A stretch of 64,000 nucleotides of DNA from Nitrososphaeria archaeon (lineage in GTDB: Archaea > Thermoproteota > Nitrososphaeria > JACIWG01): assembly GCA_049969935.1 (NCBI GenBank), contig JBMFNX010000002.1, positions 5,789-69,788 of the forward strand. The letters are read 5' to 3'. Under the pieces are notes generated by a model. It had not been told where the DNA came from. It worked only from the letters and a program-made list of their open reading frames with translations, and did not search any database. This document shows positions 48,500 to 58,102 of this stretch, piece after piece (the first letter of the stretch is position 1; each line of letters opens with the position of its first letter). The position numbers were made by a program, and so were the translations under genes.

Positions 48500-49365
48500 G
48501 TTTTTGTCAACCTCATTTTCAGTTGTCTTGCAAAATCTTTAACATTTAAACAAAATTCATTGAAAATTAGGCCATCTTCCCTTAAATAGTTTTGCAATCC
48601 TATAATTGGGGGAACGCTAACACCATAGAGATTTAGATTTTTACTTCTTATAACCTCCTTTAATGGCCCATCAAAGACAATTTCACCCCTGTCTAAAACA
48701 ACCATCTTATTTGCTGCATCTGTTAAAAGGTCTATTCTATGTTCAACTACAATAATTGTTAATCCAAACCTTTTATTTAGTTCCTTTAACAATAGTATGA
48801 ATTCTAGAGCAGTCCGAGGGTCAAGTAAAGAAGTTGGTTCATCTAAAATCAAAATTTTTGGTTTCATCGCAAGCACTCCAGCTATTGCAACCCTCTGTTT
48901 TTGGCCATCAGATAATTCATATGGAGGCCTATATCTCAGATGTTCTATATTTAAGGCCTTTAAAACCCATTTAAGCCTATTATCTATTTCTTCCATTTCA
49001 AGCCCAATATTTTCTAGACCAAAAACAATATCTTTTTCTACAGAAAACATGAAAATCTGATTTTCAGGATTTTGGAAAACGAAACCTACTTTAGTTGCTA
49101 ATTCACTTACACTTTTATTCTTAACTGATTCGCCATCAACAATTACATCACCTAAATAAGTGCCAGTATAGAGATGGGGGATTAATCCATTAATGCATCT
49201 TAAAAGTGTTGATTTCCCACAACCACTTGGGCCGACTAAAAGAACAAAATCGCCTTCTTTAATTGTAAGATTTATATTTTTTAGAATAAACGTGTTAGAT
49301 CCAGAGTAGGAAAAACTTAGGTTAATGAACCTTATTATATCTGTCAACGTTTCCATATGCGACAA
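48496..49365 (-). CDS. ecfA1: ECF transporter ATPase EcfA1
   Basis: Walker A GPSGCGKST, signature LSDGQKQR and Walker B ILDEPTS. Confidence 0.8.
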   Translation of the reverse strand: MSHMETLTDIIRFINLSFSYSGSNTFILKNINLTIKEGDFVLLVGPSGCGKSTLLRCINGLIPHLYTGTYLGDVIVDGESVKNKSVSELATKVGFVFQNPENQIFMFSVEKDIVFGLENIGLEMEEIDNRLKWVLKALNIEHLRYRPPYELSDGQKQRVAIAGVLAMKPKILILDEPTSLLDPRTALEFILLLKELNKRFGLTIIVVEHRIDLLTDAANKMVVLDRGEIVFDGPLKEVIRSKNLNLYGVSVPPIIGLQNYLREDGLIFNEFCLNVKDFARQLKMRLTKT

Positions 49366-49384
49366 AAGTATGATATAAAAGGAT

Positions 49385-50383
49385 TCATTTTAAGAGAATT
49401 TTGTTCATTTTGGTTGAGAAGGCTGTCTCTAGTAGAGATAGGAATGTTGAAATAAAAAGCTGTTCATTTTCACAGTTAAGATTAAAGGAGGCTGCACACC
49501 TGTGACCACCACCTATACCATTAAATTTTTTTGCCAAGTTTTCGGCAAGAATATTTAATGAAAAATCACATTTTTTACATATAGTATCTGAACACCTTAA
49601 GCTACCTTTTACTATTTCATCAAAACTGTATGCGAGTACAATATCACATCCAGCATCAACTAGAAATTTTGCTACAGAAGCTTGAAAAGACCCTATTTTT
49701 ACTATTGCAACGAGGAAATCATTAAACTCATATAAATTTATTCGAGAAAGTGATTTTAGTTTTGCAATCACCTCAGACCTATCCCTTTTTTGAGATAAAA
49801 GTTCTTCCCCCCATTTTATTTTTGCACCCTTATCAATTAATAATGAAACATTTTTTATTGTTCTTTCATTGGCTAATATAAGGTGTTTTGTGTCAAATAA
49901 AATTCCAAGGAGTAAAAGGTTGGATACTGTTGGTGTTAAAGAAAAATCCAAATTTAATAGAAGGGATAAAACTATTTCGCAAGTTGAAGACGATTCAGGG
50001 TCAACATAGTAGTAGTTGTAGAAATGCTTACTTTCATCAGTTAGGGGATGATGATCAATTAATACTTTTTTACAAGATGCTTGCTCTATAAGTTGATAAT
50101 AATTTCCTAGCAATTTTGGAGAACCAGTATCAACTACAATTATTAGGTCAATTGAATTAAATTCTTTAAGATCAGATTGTTCAATAGAATAAAATTTCCT
50201 TAAAGTTTCAGCTGCTGAATCTAAACCTTCAGGGAAGATTAAATTTATTTCTGGTACATTTCTTTCTTTGAAGTAAATACTTAAAACATATGAGGAGCAT
50301 AGTGCATCAACGTCAGCTAGCCTGTGAGTTATAATGCATATTTTATTTCCATTAAATACTTCTTGCAGGTTTAAGGAAAGCAT
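49385..50383 (-). CDS. DHH/DHHA1 phosphoesterase (NrnA-like nanoRNase / pAp phosphatase)
   Basis: ITHRLADVDALCS (motif I), DHHP, and GGGHRCAAS in the DHHA1 domain, over 332 aa. Confidence 0.65.
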   Translation of the reverse strand: MLSLNLQEVFNGNKICIITHRLADVDALCSSYVLSIYFKERNVPEINLIFPEGLDSAAETLRKFYSIEQSDLKEFNSIDLIIVVDTGSPKLLGNYYQLIEQASCKKVLIDHHPLTDESKHFYNYYYVDPESSSTCEIVLSLLLNLDFSLTPTVSNLLLLGILFDTKHLILANERTIKNVSLLIDKGAKIKWGEELLSQKRDRSEVIAKLKSLSRINLYEFNDFLVAIVKIGSFQASVAKFLVDAGCDIVLAYSFDEIVKGSLRCSDTICKKCDFSLNILAENLAKKFNGIGGGHRCAASFNLNCENEQLFISTFLSLLETAFSTKMNKILLK

Positions 50384-50761
50384 TTAACTTTCTTTAAGTG
50401 CTTCAGGTTGACCTGAAAGTGCACTACTTATTTTACTCTGAAGTTCTGTAAGAGATTGCTTGAGCTTTTCCTCTTGCTTTGCCAAAATTGAAATTCTGGT
50501 TTTATTTAATTCAAGCTTTTCTTCTAATTCTTTTACAAGTTCATCTTTGTTAACCTTTATTAAAATTTGGCCAGAGAACTTATAAATGGCATCTTCTGGT
50601 GAAGTCTTCTTTAATTCATCCAATGCTCGTTCTATTTCTGAATTTTCTAGATCAATCTGCCTTTTCTGTATTTGAACAGCCTGAAGATTTCTTTGCATTT
50701 CTTCAAATCTTGCCAAACGTTCTCTAAGCCATGCGGGAACCTCTTCACTCATAAAGTTCAC
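50384..50761 (-). CDS. pfdB: prefoldin beta subunit
   Basis: A 125-aa coiled-coil protein with the central beta-hairpin pattern, in the position it occupies in the exosome superoperon. Confidence 0.7.
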   Translation of the reverse strand: MNFMSEEVPAWLRERLARFEEMQRNLQAVQIQKRQIDLENSEIERALDELKKTSPEDAIYKFSGQILIKVNKDELVKELEEKLELNKTRISILAKQEEKLKQSLTELQSKISSALSGQPEALKES

Positions 50762-50766
50762 CTAAA

Positions 50767-50976
50767 TTATACATCAAATGCACCACCGGCCACCCTATAA
50801 TTGCATTTTTTGCAATACCATATTCCTACAGCCTTTCTCTTAAACCTTTTTGAACCACAAGATGGACAAATCCTTTTTTGCCTTAATTGGACTAACACTT
50901 TTGATGCACGTTTCCTCACCGTAGCACCATATCTTGCACCCAAACCTTTTGTCATATTGATTTCAGACTTAGGCAT
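50767..50976 (-). CDS. rpl37ae: ribosomal protein L37Ae (L43e)
   Basis: A 69-aa ORF with the C4 zinc ribbon CPSCG...CKKCN and a basic N-terminus. Confidence 0.85.
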   Translation of the reverse strand: MPKSEINMTKGLGARYGATVRKRASKVLVQLRQKRICPSCGSKRFKRKAVGIWYCKKCNYRVAGGAFDV

Positions 50977-51784
50977 TTTCTATCACCTTTTTTACTAAGG
51001 ATCTTAATTCCTCAGCCTTAGCCTTAGAAATTTCCACTATTTTAAATAATTGTTCCTTAGATATTCCGGTAGAACCGCCTTTTTGCCCCGCACATAGGAA
51101 GCCTTCATCATTAAAGGTTAAAGTTAATCTCGAATCTTGCACAGAATCCTCTTCTTCAGTAGGATCAACAAGTATAGCATCCCCTATAATTATAGAAGTA
51201 ATTGATATTGGAATACAGCGTGTTGGCAATCTACATTTTTGAACCTCAAAACTTCCATCTTCTTTTGCAATTTTTTTATCAAAGGTTGTTGTTAAGAGGG
51301 CGGAGACAGCTGCTAAAAATGCGGCATCAAATATATTACCGTCCATGTTTAATATGCTTATGTCTACGAAGACACAATAAACTAGTTTTCCTGGTTCTAT
51401 CACCAGCGATTTAAGATCAATCATCTGCGATTCCCTTATCCCACGGTCAACAACTCTTGAAACTTCGATTGCATCTTCATCTGGTGGGCCAGGCTCAATT
51501 AATGCTGAGGAAAAGGGAAGAAATTCTGCATTTACAACTAGAAGGCCTTGATCCGGTGTATCCGGGAAAGGTGTACCTGTCTCAATTTTTACACCAGCAA
51601 CTACCTTTGTATTTCCTACAGAGACTTCAGCGGACCCATTTGACTTTTGTATTATGCCAACTTTTATATTTATGGGACGAAAATCTGTAAGGGAACGCCC
51701 ATCTAAACGCTTTTCTTTTGCCAGCAATTCTATCATTTGCATTTTCCTTAAATTTTCTATGATGGGAGACTTTTTAATCGACAT
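50969..51784 (-). CDS. rrp42: exosome complex subunit Rrp42 (inactive RNase PH-like)
   Basis: A 271-aa RNase PH fold lying immediately downstream of Rrp41. Confidence 0.8.
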   Translation of the reverse strand: MSIKKSPIIENLRKMQMIELLAKEKRLDGRSLTDFRPINIKVGIIQKSNGSAEVSVGNTKVVAGVKIETGTPFPDTPDQGLLVVNAEFLPFSSALIEPGPPDEDAIEVSRVVDRGIRESQMIDLKSLVIEPGKLVYCVFVDISILNMDGNIFDAAFLAAVSALLTTTFDKKIAKEDGSFEVQKCRLPTRCIPISITSIIIGDAILVDPTEEEDSVQDSRLTLTFNDEGFLCAGQKGGSTGISKEQLFKIVEISKAKAEELRSLVKKVIENA

Positions 51785-52512
51785 TACCTTTCCTCCACCG
51801 TTCCAAAATATTTTTCAATAAGAGCCTTCTTAAGTATTTCATATACCCTTTTATTTCCCAATATGGCCAAATCAATTGCCTTTTTAAATTCTTCTTCAGT
51901 AAATATTCCGTCAAATTGTAGAAGAACAATCTTGTCAAGATTTGGCATGTAGGCTACTGGCATATCACCTTCACCTTCTTTATCTTCATAATCACTTAAA
52001 TCTAATACTATTTGGCCATCAATTTTTCCAACAGCACATCCTACTATAAGATCACGCATAGATATTCCACTGTCAGCAAGTGCAGCAGATACAGCTGTGA
52101 TGCTAGCACACCTAGAACCGCCATCAGATTGAAGAACTTCAACATAAACATCAATTATTGACCGAGGATATTCTTCCAAAAAGATAGCACTTTCCATTGC
52201 TCTCCTTAACACGAGAGAAATTTCTATTTCTCGTCTTGTAGGTTGAGGGGGCTTTCTTTCCTCTGTAGAAAAGGGAGCCATATGATATCGGCACCTGACA
52301 ATAGCTCGATCTGGTAGAGCGATATGCTTTGGATGAGCTTCTCGTGGACCATAGACGGCTGCGATAATCTTATTTTTACCAAATTCTATATAGGCTGAAC
52401 CATCAGCATTTTTTATTACCCCCACTTCAATTCTTATAGGCCTTAACTCATCCCATCTTCTTCCATCAAGTCTTATACCATTTTCATCAATCAACTTCCC
52501 CACTTTATTCAC
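51784..52512 (-). CDS. rrp41: exosome complex exonuclease Rrp41 (RNase PH)
   Basis: [20 protein letters not shown]...[10 protein letters not shown]... is the RNase PH phosphorolytic core. Confidence 0.85.
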   Translation of the reverse strand: MNKVGKLIDENGIRLDGRRWDELRPIRIEVGVIKNADGSAYIEFGKNKIIAAVYGPREAHPKHIALPDRAIVRCRYHMAPFSTEERKPPQPTRREIEISLVLRRAMESAIFLEEYPRSIIDVYVEVLQSDGGSRCASITAVSAALADSGISMRDLIVGCAVGKIDGQIVLDLSDYEDKEGEGDMPVAYMPNLDKIVLLQFDGIFTEEEFKKAIDLAILGNKRVYEILKKALIEKYFGTVEER

Positions 52513-53189
52513 CCCTCTTTTGTTAACAGTTCATTGATCATATTCGTTAACGAAGGCACGTGAGCTTTTTCCTCTATTAAACGGATAGCTCTAGCAGCCA
52601 GCACTATTCCTTCAGAAGGGCCTTGAACAACAATGATCCCATTTTGGCCTATAATAAGTTTTGTTTTTGTCTTTGTCTCTATAATCTTGGCCATAGAACC
52701 TTTTTTCCCAATTAATCTTGGGATCTTTGAAGGCGAAAGTTTTATGGGCTCACCATGAACTATCTTCCCCAACCCATGTTCTCTTATAGTTAATACTGGA
52801 TCCTTTGTCCGGTCGCATGCAATTATTTTAGCGGCAAGCACATCTCCAACTTTAAATTGTGATGTAAGAGAATGAGTCTGTGAAGAAAATTCTCTGCCAA
52901 AAACATCTTGTGCTGGAAGATGGGCAGTATAAATAGAATTTATGTCAACATCCCAAGAAAAGGCATCAAAATCTATGATCTTGCCTATTACAAAATCATT
53001 GACCCTTGGAATATATGGGCCGGCGAGGGGGATCAACTTAACATCCTTACCGTCAATTTCAACCAAACCGACTTTTAAAGAGAAAAGTTTGTTTCCTAAT
53101 TTATAGGTATTAGGAGGAGCTGTACCAGTGTATGAATCATGGAGCAGGTCACCAGGCAATACTCTTGTTCTAACTAAGACCATAAACAT
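52509..53189 (-). CDS. rrp4: exosome RNA-binding subunit Rrp4 (S1 plus KH)
   Basis: N-terminal beta domain, S1 domain ([10 protein letters not shown]...) and KH motif ([11 protein letters not shown]). Confidence 0.8.
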   Translation of the reverse strand: MFMVLVRTRVLPGDLLHDSYTGTAPPNTYKLGNKLFSLKVGLVEIDGKDVKLIPLAGPYIPRVNDFVIGKIIDFDAFSWDVDINSIYTAHLPAQDVFGREFSSQTHSLTSQFKVGDVLAAKIIACDRTKDPVLTIREHGLGKIVHGEPIKLSPSKIPRLIGKKGSMAKIIETKTKTKLIIGQNGIIVVQGPSEGIVLAARAIRLIEEKAHVPSLTNMINELLTKEG

Positions 53190-53190
53190 T

Positions 53191-53886
53191 TCACTTCCTT
53201 GAAACTATTGAAATTTCTGCTTCACCTTTTGTTAACGAGGCAACCTTTTCAACCAAAGATGGATGTAAACCAGCCGGAATCTCAATTTCTACCGTATAGC
53301 TTCCATCTGAAAGCCATTGTTCTTTTAAAAATTTACCGAATGATTTAAGCAATCCAATTGACTTTGAAGAATATTTTGAGGGAATCTTTACTTTGAGTAC
53401 TAGATTCTGAGATTTGAGTGGGAGTATAGGACGTATGGCTTCAACTACTGTTTGCAATTGTTCTTCAGGAGACTTAAATGGATCTATTGAAACATGAGCT
53501 TCTTCTAAAGCTTGTTCGTATCTGGTTGGAGGGTGAGGAGTATTCGTTCTAGGGTCGACAAAATTTTTTGATAAAATTGATATAATAGCCTTTTTCTTCT
53601 CATCTATAAGTTTTCTCCTCTGTTCTAGTGTTAACTGTAATTCACCTTTTTTTAATATAATTTCTGCAACCTTATAAAAGTCTTTTGTATGAAAAATTTT
53701 TTGAAGCTTCTCTTCAGACACACGCATGCCTTTAGCTGCATCTGAAAAAACTTCTTCTATGCCTATAACTTGTGAAAGTTCTATAGGTTTGCCCATTTTA
53801 TAATTTAATGCTTGATCCGGGCGAACTAGAAGTTCAAAACGCTCTCCATCAATTGTCAACCGAACACATGTAAATTTACTACTCAT
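53191..53886 (-). CDS. sdo1: Sdo1/SBDS ribosome maturation protein
   Basis: A 231-aa ORF with a FYSH-domain N-terminus, at the conserved position next to rrp4. Confidence 0.8.
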   Translation of the reverse strand: MSSKFTCVRLTIDGERFELLVRPDQALNYKMGKPIELSQVIGIEEVFSDAAKGMRVSEEKLQKIFHTKDFYKVAEIILKKGELQLTLEQRRKLIDEKKKAIISILSKNFVDPRTNTPHPPTRYEQALEEAHVSIDPFKSPEEQLQTVVEAIRPILPLKSQNLVLKVKIPSKYSSKSIGLLKSFGKFLKEQWLSDGSYTVEIEIPAGLHPSLVEKVASLTKGEAEISIVSRK

Positions 53887-53898
53887 GAACTTTCCCTT

Positions 53899-54627
53899 CT
53901 ATTGAGTAAACTTTTCTTTCGCTAGTTCTGCAAATTTTGATATTTCATTTTCTGTATATCGTCTGAGTTTCCTTGTTTTAGTATCCACGACAGCCATTCT
54001 TATATGCCCAATGCCAACTTTATCTTCGCTAACTAAATATACAGATTTAACACCAAGTACGCATAGTTCATCAACTTTCATTGACGGATTAAAGTTATTT
54101 TCTAAAAATTGTGTAACTTGCTCTGAACCAGCTCCTATAGATACTGCTTCATACTGTAGGTAGCTTCCACTTGGATCAACCAAAAATACAGAGGGACCCT
54201 TTTTGTCGACTCCTGCAATTATAAGGGAAACACCAAATGGACGGACACCTGCATATTGTGTAAATTCTTGTGTGAGGTCACCTAAATATTTTGCTACCGA
54301 TTCTACGTCAACATCCTCATCGTAGAGCAGTCGATTGGTCTGCGAAAAGATTCTCGCACGATCCACTAAAACTCTTGCGTCAGGAACATAACCTGCTGCA
54401 GCAGCACCAATGTGGTCATCAATCTGGAAAATTTTTTGTGATAAATTGGGGGATTGAAGCTTACGAATTCTTTCTTCAACAACTAACACTACACCATCGA
54501 CACCCTTCAAACCCAATGCTATTGTACCCCTCCTCACAGTCTCTAATGCATACTCTACTTGATACAATCTTCCATCAGGTGAGAAGATTGTTAACGCCCT
54601 ATCATATCCAGCTGATGGTCCGAAAAT
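53899..54627 (-). CDS. psmA: proteasome alpha subunit; no in-frame ATG/GTG/TTG at the homologous N-terminus, so the start is assigned to ATT at 54625..54627
   Basis: The frame reads (UGA)-R-D-I-F-GPSAGYDRALTIFSPDGRLYQVEYALE..., matching Sulfolobus MAFGPAAMGYDRAITIFSPDG.... A GAGGTGA Shine-Dalgarno sequence lies 6-7 nt upstream of ATT. Confidence 0.8.
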   Translation of the reverse strand: MFGPSAGYDRALTIFSPDGRLYQVEYALETVRRGTIALGLKGVDGVVLVVEERIRKLQSPNLSQKIFQIDDHIGAAAAGYVPDARVLVDRARIFSQTNRLLYDEDVDVESVAKYLGDLTQEFTQYAGVRPFGVSLIIAGVDKKGPSVFLVDPSGSYLQYEAVSIGAGSEQVTQFLENNFNPSMKVDELCVLGVKSVYLVSEDKVGIGHIRMAVVDTKTRKLRRYTENEISKFAELAKEKFTQ

Positions 54628-54807
54628 ATCCCTTCACCTCTTTCTTTCCAAATAGTAGTCATTATGGCTACGTTTAAACCTTTTTATTTTTTTCTATTAA
54701 ATTAGAAGGTCAGTGTTATCGGTTCTTCAAGGCTTATTAGCTCAGACTGGGACGGCGTACACTTCATCCCCAAGAGAGCTATTTTGGCAGTCTTTTTTAA
54801 ACTTTTC

Positions 54808-55257
54808 TCACTCTTGCTCGAGTTCCATTATAAAATTTTTATAGAAATTTTTTACATTCTTAACATTCTTATTCTTGGGCGAAAGTTTAAAATGAATGAC
54901 ATTTGAACCATCTAGCTTAAAAAAATTCTTAAAAAGACCTGATTTCTCCACCCTCAAATAAAGATTTTTGTGCTCGTCTATCCTTTTTTCTATACTTTCT
55001 AGAAGAAGATTTTTATCAACTGGATCGAGATTCTTAAAAATCAATCTTAAAACATGCTTTGCAGGCGAACCCTTTAAGTATATCGTATACTTTATTATAG
55101 GATTACCATAATGACCTTCAAACACATTCTCCTTAAAGGTTTCAGAGGACAAATTAAAAATGAGTTTAATTTTATCAAACAATTTCTGCTTATCTTCAGT
55201 TGCATGAACAAAAAACGACATTTCTACATTTATTTGAAACGATCCTTTTATCATCAA
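54808..55257 (-). CDS. predicted exosome-associated RNA-binding protein (COG1325/DUF54-like)
   Basis: A 149-aa ORF placed just upstream of psmA, where COG1325 members sit in the archaeal exosome superoperon. The assignment rests on context and size. Confidence 0.35.
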   Translation of the reverse strand: MMIKGSFQINVEMSFFVHATEDKQKLFDKIKLIFNLSSETFKENVFEGHYGNPIIKYTIYLKGSPAKHVLRLIFKNLDPVDKNLLLESIEKRIDEHKNLYLRVEKSGLFKNFFKLDGSNVIHFKLSPKNKNVKNVKNFYKNFIMELEQE

Positions 55258-55309
55258 CTTTCACCCATAAATAAAACATAAATAAAGTTTAACATCGTAG
55301 TGGGGAAAG

Positions 55310-56308
55310 ATGAACAAAAATAATTTATTATGTTTAGGAATAGAGTCTACAGCACATACTTTCTCTATTGCTATTTTAACTGAAGATAGAATATTATCTA
55401 ATGTGAAGGAAGTTTATGTGCCTCCTCCTGGAGAGGGCATCCACCCATATGAGGCAGCTCAACATCACATGAGGAGGGCTAAAAAGGTTTTGGATACCGC
55501 TATAAGTAAAAGTGGAGTTTGCATGAAGGATGTAGATGTTATTGCGTTTTCAGCTGGACCTGGATTAGGGCCGTGCCTTAAAGTTGGAGCTGTTATTGCT
55601 CGAACATTAGCTGCATATTATAATAAACCTTTAACTGCTGTAAATCATGCTATAGGACACATAGAACTGGCAAACTTTTTTGCGAAAACAGTGGACCCGG
55701 TGGTTGTTCTAGTTTCAGGTGGGCACACACTTGTTTCTTCATATTTAATGAAAAGATGGAGAATTTTTGGGGAGACATTGGATATAACTTTGGGACAACT
55801 TTTTGATCAATTGGGTAGAGAATTAGGATTTGGTTCGCCAGCGGGTAGATATATTGAGGAATTAGCAAGTAGGGGCAGAAGATACATAGAAATGCCGTAT
55901 AGTGTAAAAGGTAATAATGTTTCTTTTTCTGGTCTTTTAACTTATGCTAAAAACCTGATTAAAAAGGGCTATAGTAAAGAAGATGTTTGTTATTCTGTTC
56001 AGGAAACCGCTTTCGCTATGCTAACTGAAGTTACAGAGAGACTGTTAGCTTTTTCAGAAAAGAAGGAAATTATTTTGACTGGTGGAGTGGCAGCCAATAG
56101 TAGGCTACAGGAGATGATTAAAAGCCTTTGTAGAGTTCATAATGTTGCATTCCATGTTATTCCAAGCGAATTTAGTGGCGACTGTGGTGCACAAATAGCG
56201 CTAGTTGGACTATTACAATATAAGTCTAATAATATTATAGATGTAGAGGAGAGTTTTGTTAAACAGTCTTGGAGAATAGATGAGGTGGACATAACATGGA
56301 GAGATTAA
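55310..56308 (+). CDS. kae1: tRNA N6-threonylcarbamoyladenosine synthase Kae1 (KEOPS)
   Basis: LCLGIESTAHTFSIAIL..., HxxGH (NHAIGHIE) and VSGGHT are the Kae1/TsaD metal-site motifs. Confidence 0.85.
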   Translation: MNKNNLLCLGIESTAHTFSIAILTEDRILSNVKEVYVPPPGEGIHPYEAAQHHMRRAKKVLDTAISKSGVCMKDVDVIAFSAGPGLGPCLKVGAVIARTLAAYYNKPLTAVNHAIGHIELANFFAKTVDPVVVLVSGGHTLVSSYLMKRWRIFGETLDITLGQLFDQLGRELGFGSPAGRYIEELASRGRRYIEMPYSVKGNNVSFSGLLTYAKNLIKKGYSKEDVCYSVQETAFAMLTEVTERLLAFSEKKEIILTGGVAANSRLQEMIKSLCRVHNVAFHVIPSEFSGDCGAQIALVGLLQYKSNNIIDVEESFVKQSWRIDEVDITWRD

Positions 56309-56928
56309 TTAAGGTGGGTGCAGAAGCGAACATATTCATTTCTAAATGGCATGGGATTGAAGTTATTAGAAAGGTTAGAAGAAGTAAACCATATTGGAGA
56401 AAAGAATTAGATCTTAAAATAAGAAAGATTAGAACAATAAGGGAGACATATTATATAAATTTGGTGAAAAAATTCGGTGTTTTAACGCCTGTGATTTACT
56501 TTTCAGACCCATTTAGGGGGGAAATCATAATGGAGTATGTTAAGGGCGATAGATTAAAAGATGTTATAGAAGATGATAGCATTAGAGAGGGAAAAATTCT
56601 TTATGAAGTTGGTAGGGAATTGGGTATAATGCATTCTCATAATATAATACATGGTGATCCGACAACTTCAAATTTTATTATTAAGGAAGATGATAGCATG
56701 GTATATATTATAGATTTTGGTTTGACCTTTTACTCTCAAAGAGTTGAGGATAAAGCAGTTGACATCCATCTTTTTAAACAGGTGATAAAAAGTGCTCATC
56801 CAAAATATTTTGAACAAATATTTGAAAGGGTTATTTCTGGATATTCTAGAACATACAACATGGCCACCAAGATATTAGAGAATGTGAAAGAAATAGAGAG
56901 GAGGGGGAGATATGCTACACTCGAATAA
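56296..56928 (+). CDS. bud32: Bud32/PRPK atypical protein kinase (KEOPS)
   Basis: A 210-aa RIO-like kinase with IKVGAEANIF, a catalytic HGDPTTSN and DFGL. Confidence 0.75.
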   Translation: MERLIKVGAEANIFISKWHGIEVIRKVRRSKPYWRKELDLKIRKIRTIRETYYINLVKKFGVLTPVIYFSDPFRGEIIMEYVKGDRLKDVIEDDSIREGKILYEVGRELGIMHSHNIIHGDPTTSNFIIKEDDSMVYIIDFGLTFYSQRVEDKAVDIHLFKQVIKSAHPKYFEQIFERVISGYSRTYNMATKILENVKEIERRGRYATLE

Positions 56929-57502
56929 TAAGATTTTTTTTGCAACAAACAACATTAACAAGATCCGAGAGGCACAAGGTGTACTATCAAATTTTGGAAT
57001 AGTAATTGAAAAGATAAATGTAAGAAAAGTTGAAATACAGTCAGACGTTTTAGAAGAAATTGTATTATATGCACTAAAAAAAGTTAATAAAAGAATAATC
57101 CCGATTATTATTGAAGATTCAGGGTTGTTTATAGAAAAACTTAATGGATTTCCGGGACCTTATTCATCATATGCATATAGGAAAATTGGATGTGATGGAA
57201 TATTAAAACTGCTTGAGGGAGAAAAAGAAAGAGGGGCAAAATTCGTGTCAATTGTGGGATTTAAAAAAGGTAAATTAATAAAAATATTTAAGGGAGAAAT
57301 AGTTGGAAAAATAGCATATAAGAAAATGGGAAGACATGGATTCGGATTTGATCCAATATTTATACCAGAAAATAACGAAAAAACATTTGCCGAAATGGAT
57401 TTAGAAGAAAAAAATTTATGGTCTCATAGGGGAAGGGCTTTTAAAGCACTAGGAGAATGGTTACAAAGTTCTATTAAAACTTCTGACCACCATTATGTTT
57501 AG
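56912..57502 (+). CDS. non-canonical purine NTP pyrophosphatase (Ham1/ITPase family)
   Basis: FATNNINKIREAQ, EDSGL and a FGFDPIF block. Confidence 0.8.
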   Translation: MLHSNNKIFFATNNINKIREAQGVLSNFGIVIEKINVRKVEIQSDVLEEIVLYALKKVNKRIIPIIIEDSGLFIEKLNGFPGPYSSYAYRKIGCDGILKLLEGEKERGAKFVSIVGFKKGKLIKIFKGEIVGKIAYKKMGRHGFGFDPIFIPENNEKTFAEMDLEEKNLWSHRGRAFKALGEWLQSSIKTSDHHYV

Positions 57503-57637
57503 ATGATAAACATATAACTACTTAAATCAAAAGGAGTTAAAATATAAATAAATTAACGTTAAAAATTTAAACCACAAATTTTCATGAACAATTTCAAAAG
57601 TATAAAAATGTATTTAAATATACCTAAATAAGAGTGC

Positions 57638-58093
57638 TTGAACATGACTAGACAATATTGTCATAAGGATGGTAAATCGCATTCAACTAGACCCATTTAT
57701 AGGCTTAGTCCACCTTGGGTAACATACACCCCAGAAGAAGTAACATCACTGATAATTAAAATGGCTAATGAAGGATTAACACCAAGCCAAATAGGGGTAC
57801 AACTTAGAGATGGATATGGGATTCCACTACAAAAACAAATAACTGGAAAAAGCATATGCGAAATATTAAGAGAACATAATATGATGCCACAAATTCCTTA
57901 CGATTTAGAGAACCTTATTAGAAAAGCAGAAAACTTACAACGACATTTAAAAAAGCACAAGAAAGATGGAAAAAATGTGAGAGCACTAGAGCTGGTGGAA
58001 GCAAGAATCCATAGACTTTCAAAGTATTATAAAAGAAATGGTTTACTTGACAAAAGCTGGAAATATAAACCACAAGTTGCACAATTGGAATAG
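57638..58093 (+). CDS. rps15: ribosomal protein S15P/S13e
   Basis: N-terminus HKDGKSHSTRP and the C-terminal S15 domain LIRKAENLQRHLKKHKKDGKN...RIHRLSKYY. Confidence 0.8.
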   Translation: MNMTRQYCHKDGKSHSTRPIYRLSPPWVTYTPEEVTSLIIKMANEGLTPSQIGVQLRDGYGIPLQKQITGKSICEILREHNMMPQIPYDLENLIRKAENLQRHLKKHKKDGKNVRALELVEARIHRLSKYYKRNGLLDKSWKYKPQVAQLE

Positions 58094-58102
58094 GATTAAA
58101 AA

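Noticed and set aside
54640-54807. Possible small ncRNA (C/D box sRNA) in the 168-nt spacer between psmA and the COG1325-like gene
   Set aside because: No RUGAUGA or CUGA box pairs with terminal complementarity were found. The region reads as divergent promoter/UTR sequence.
57503-57637. The GATGATAAAC motif upstream of rps15 as a C-box
   Set aside because: It reads UGAUAA rather than UGAUGA, with no matching D box or K-turn partner. More likely it is AT-rich promoter sequence.
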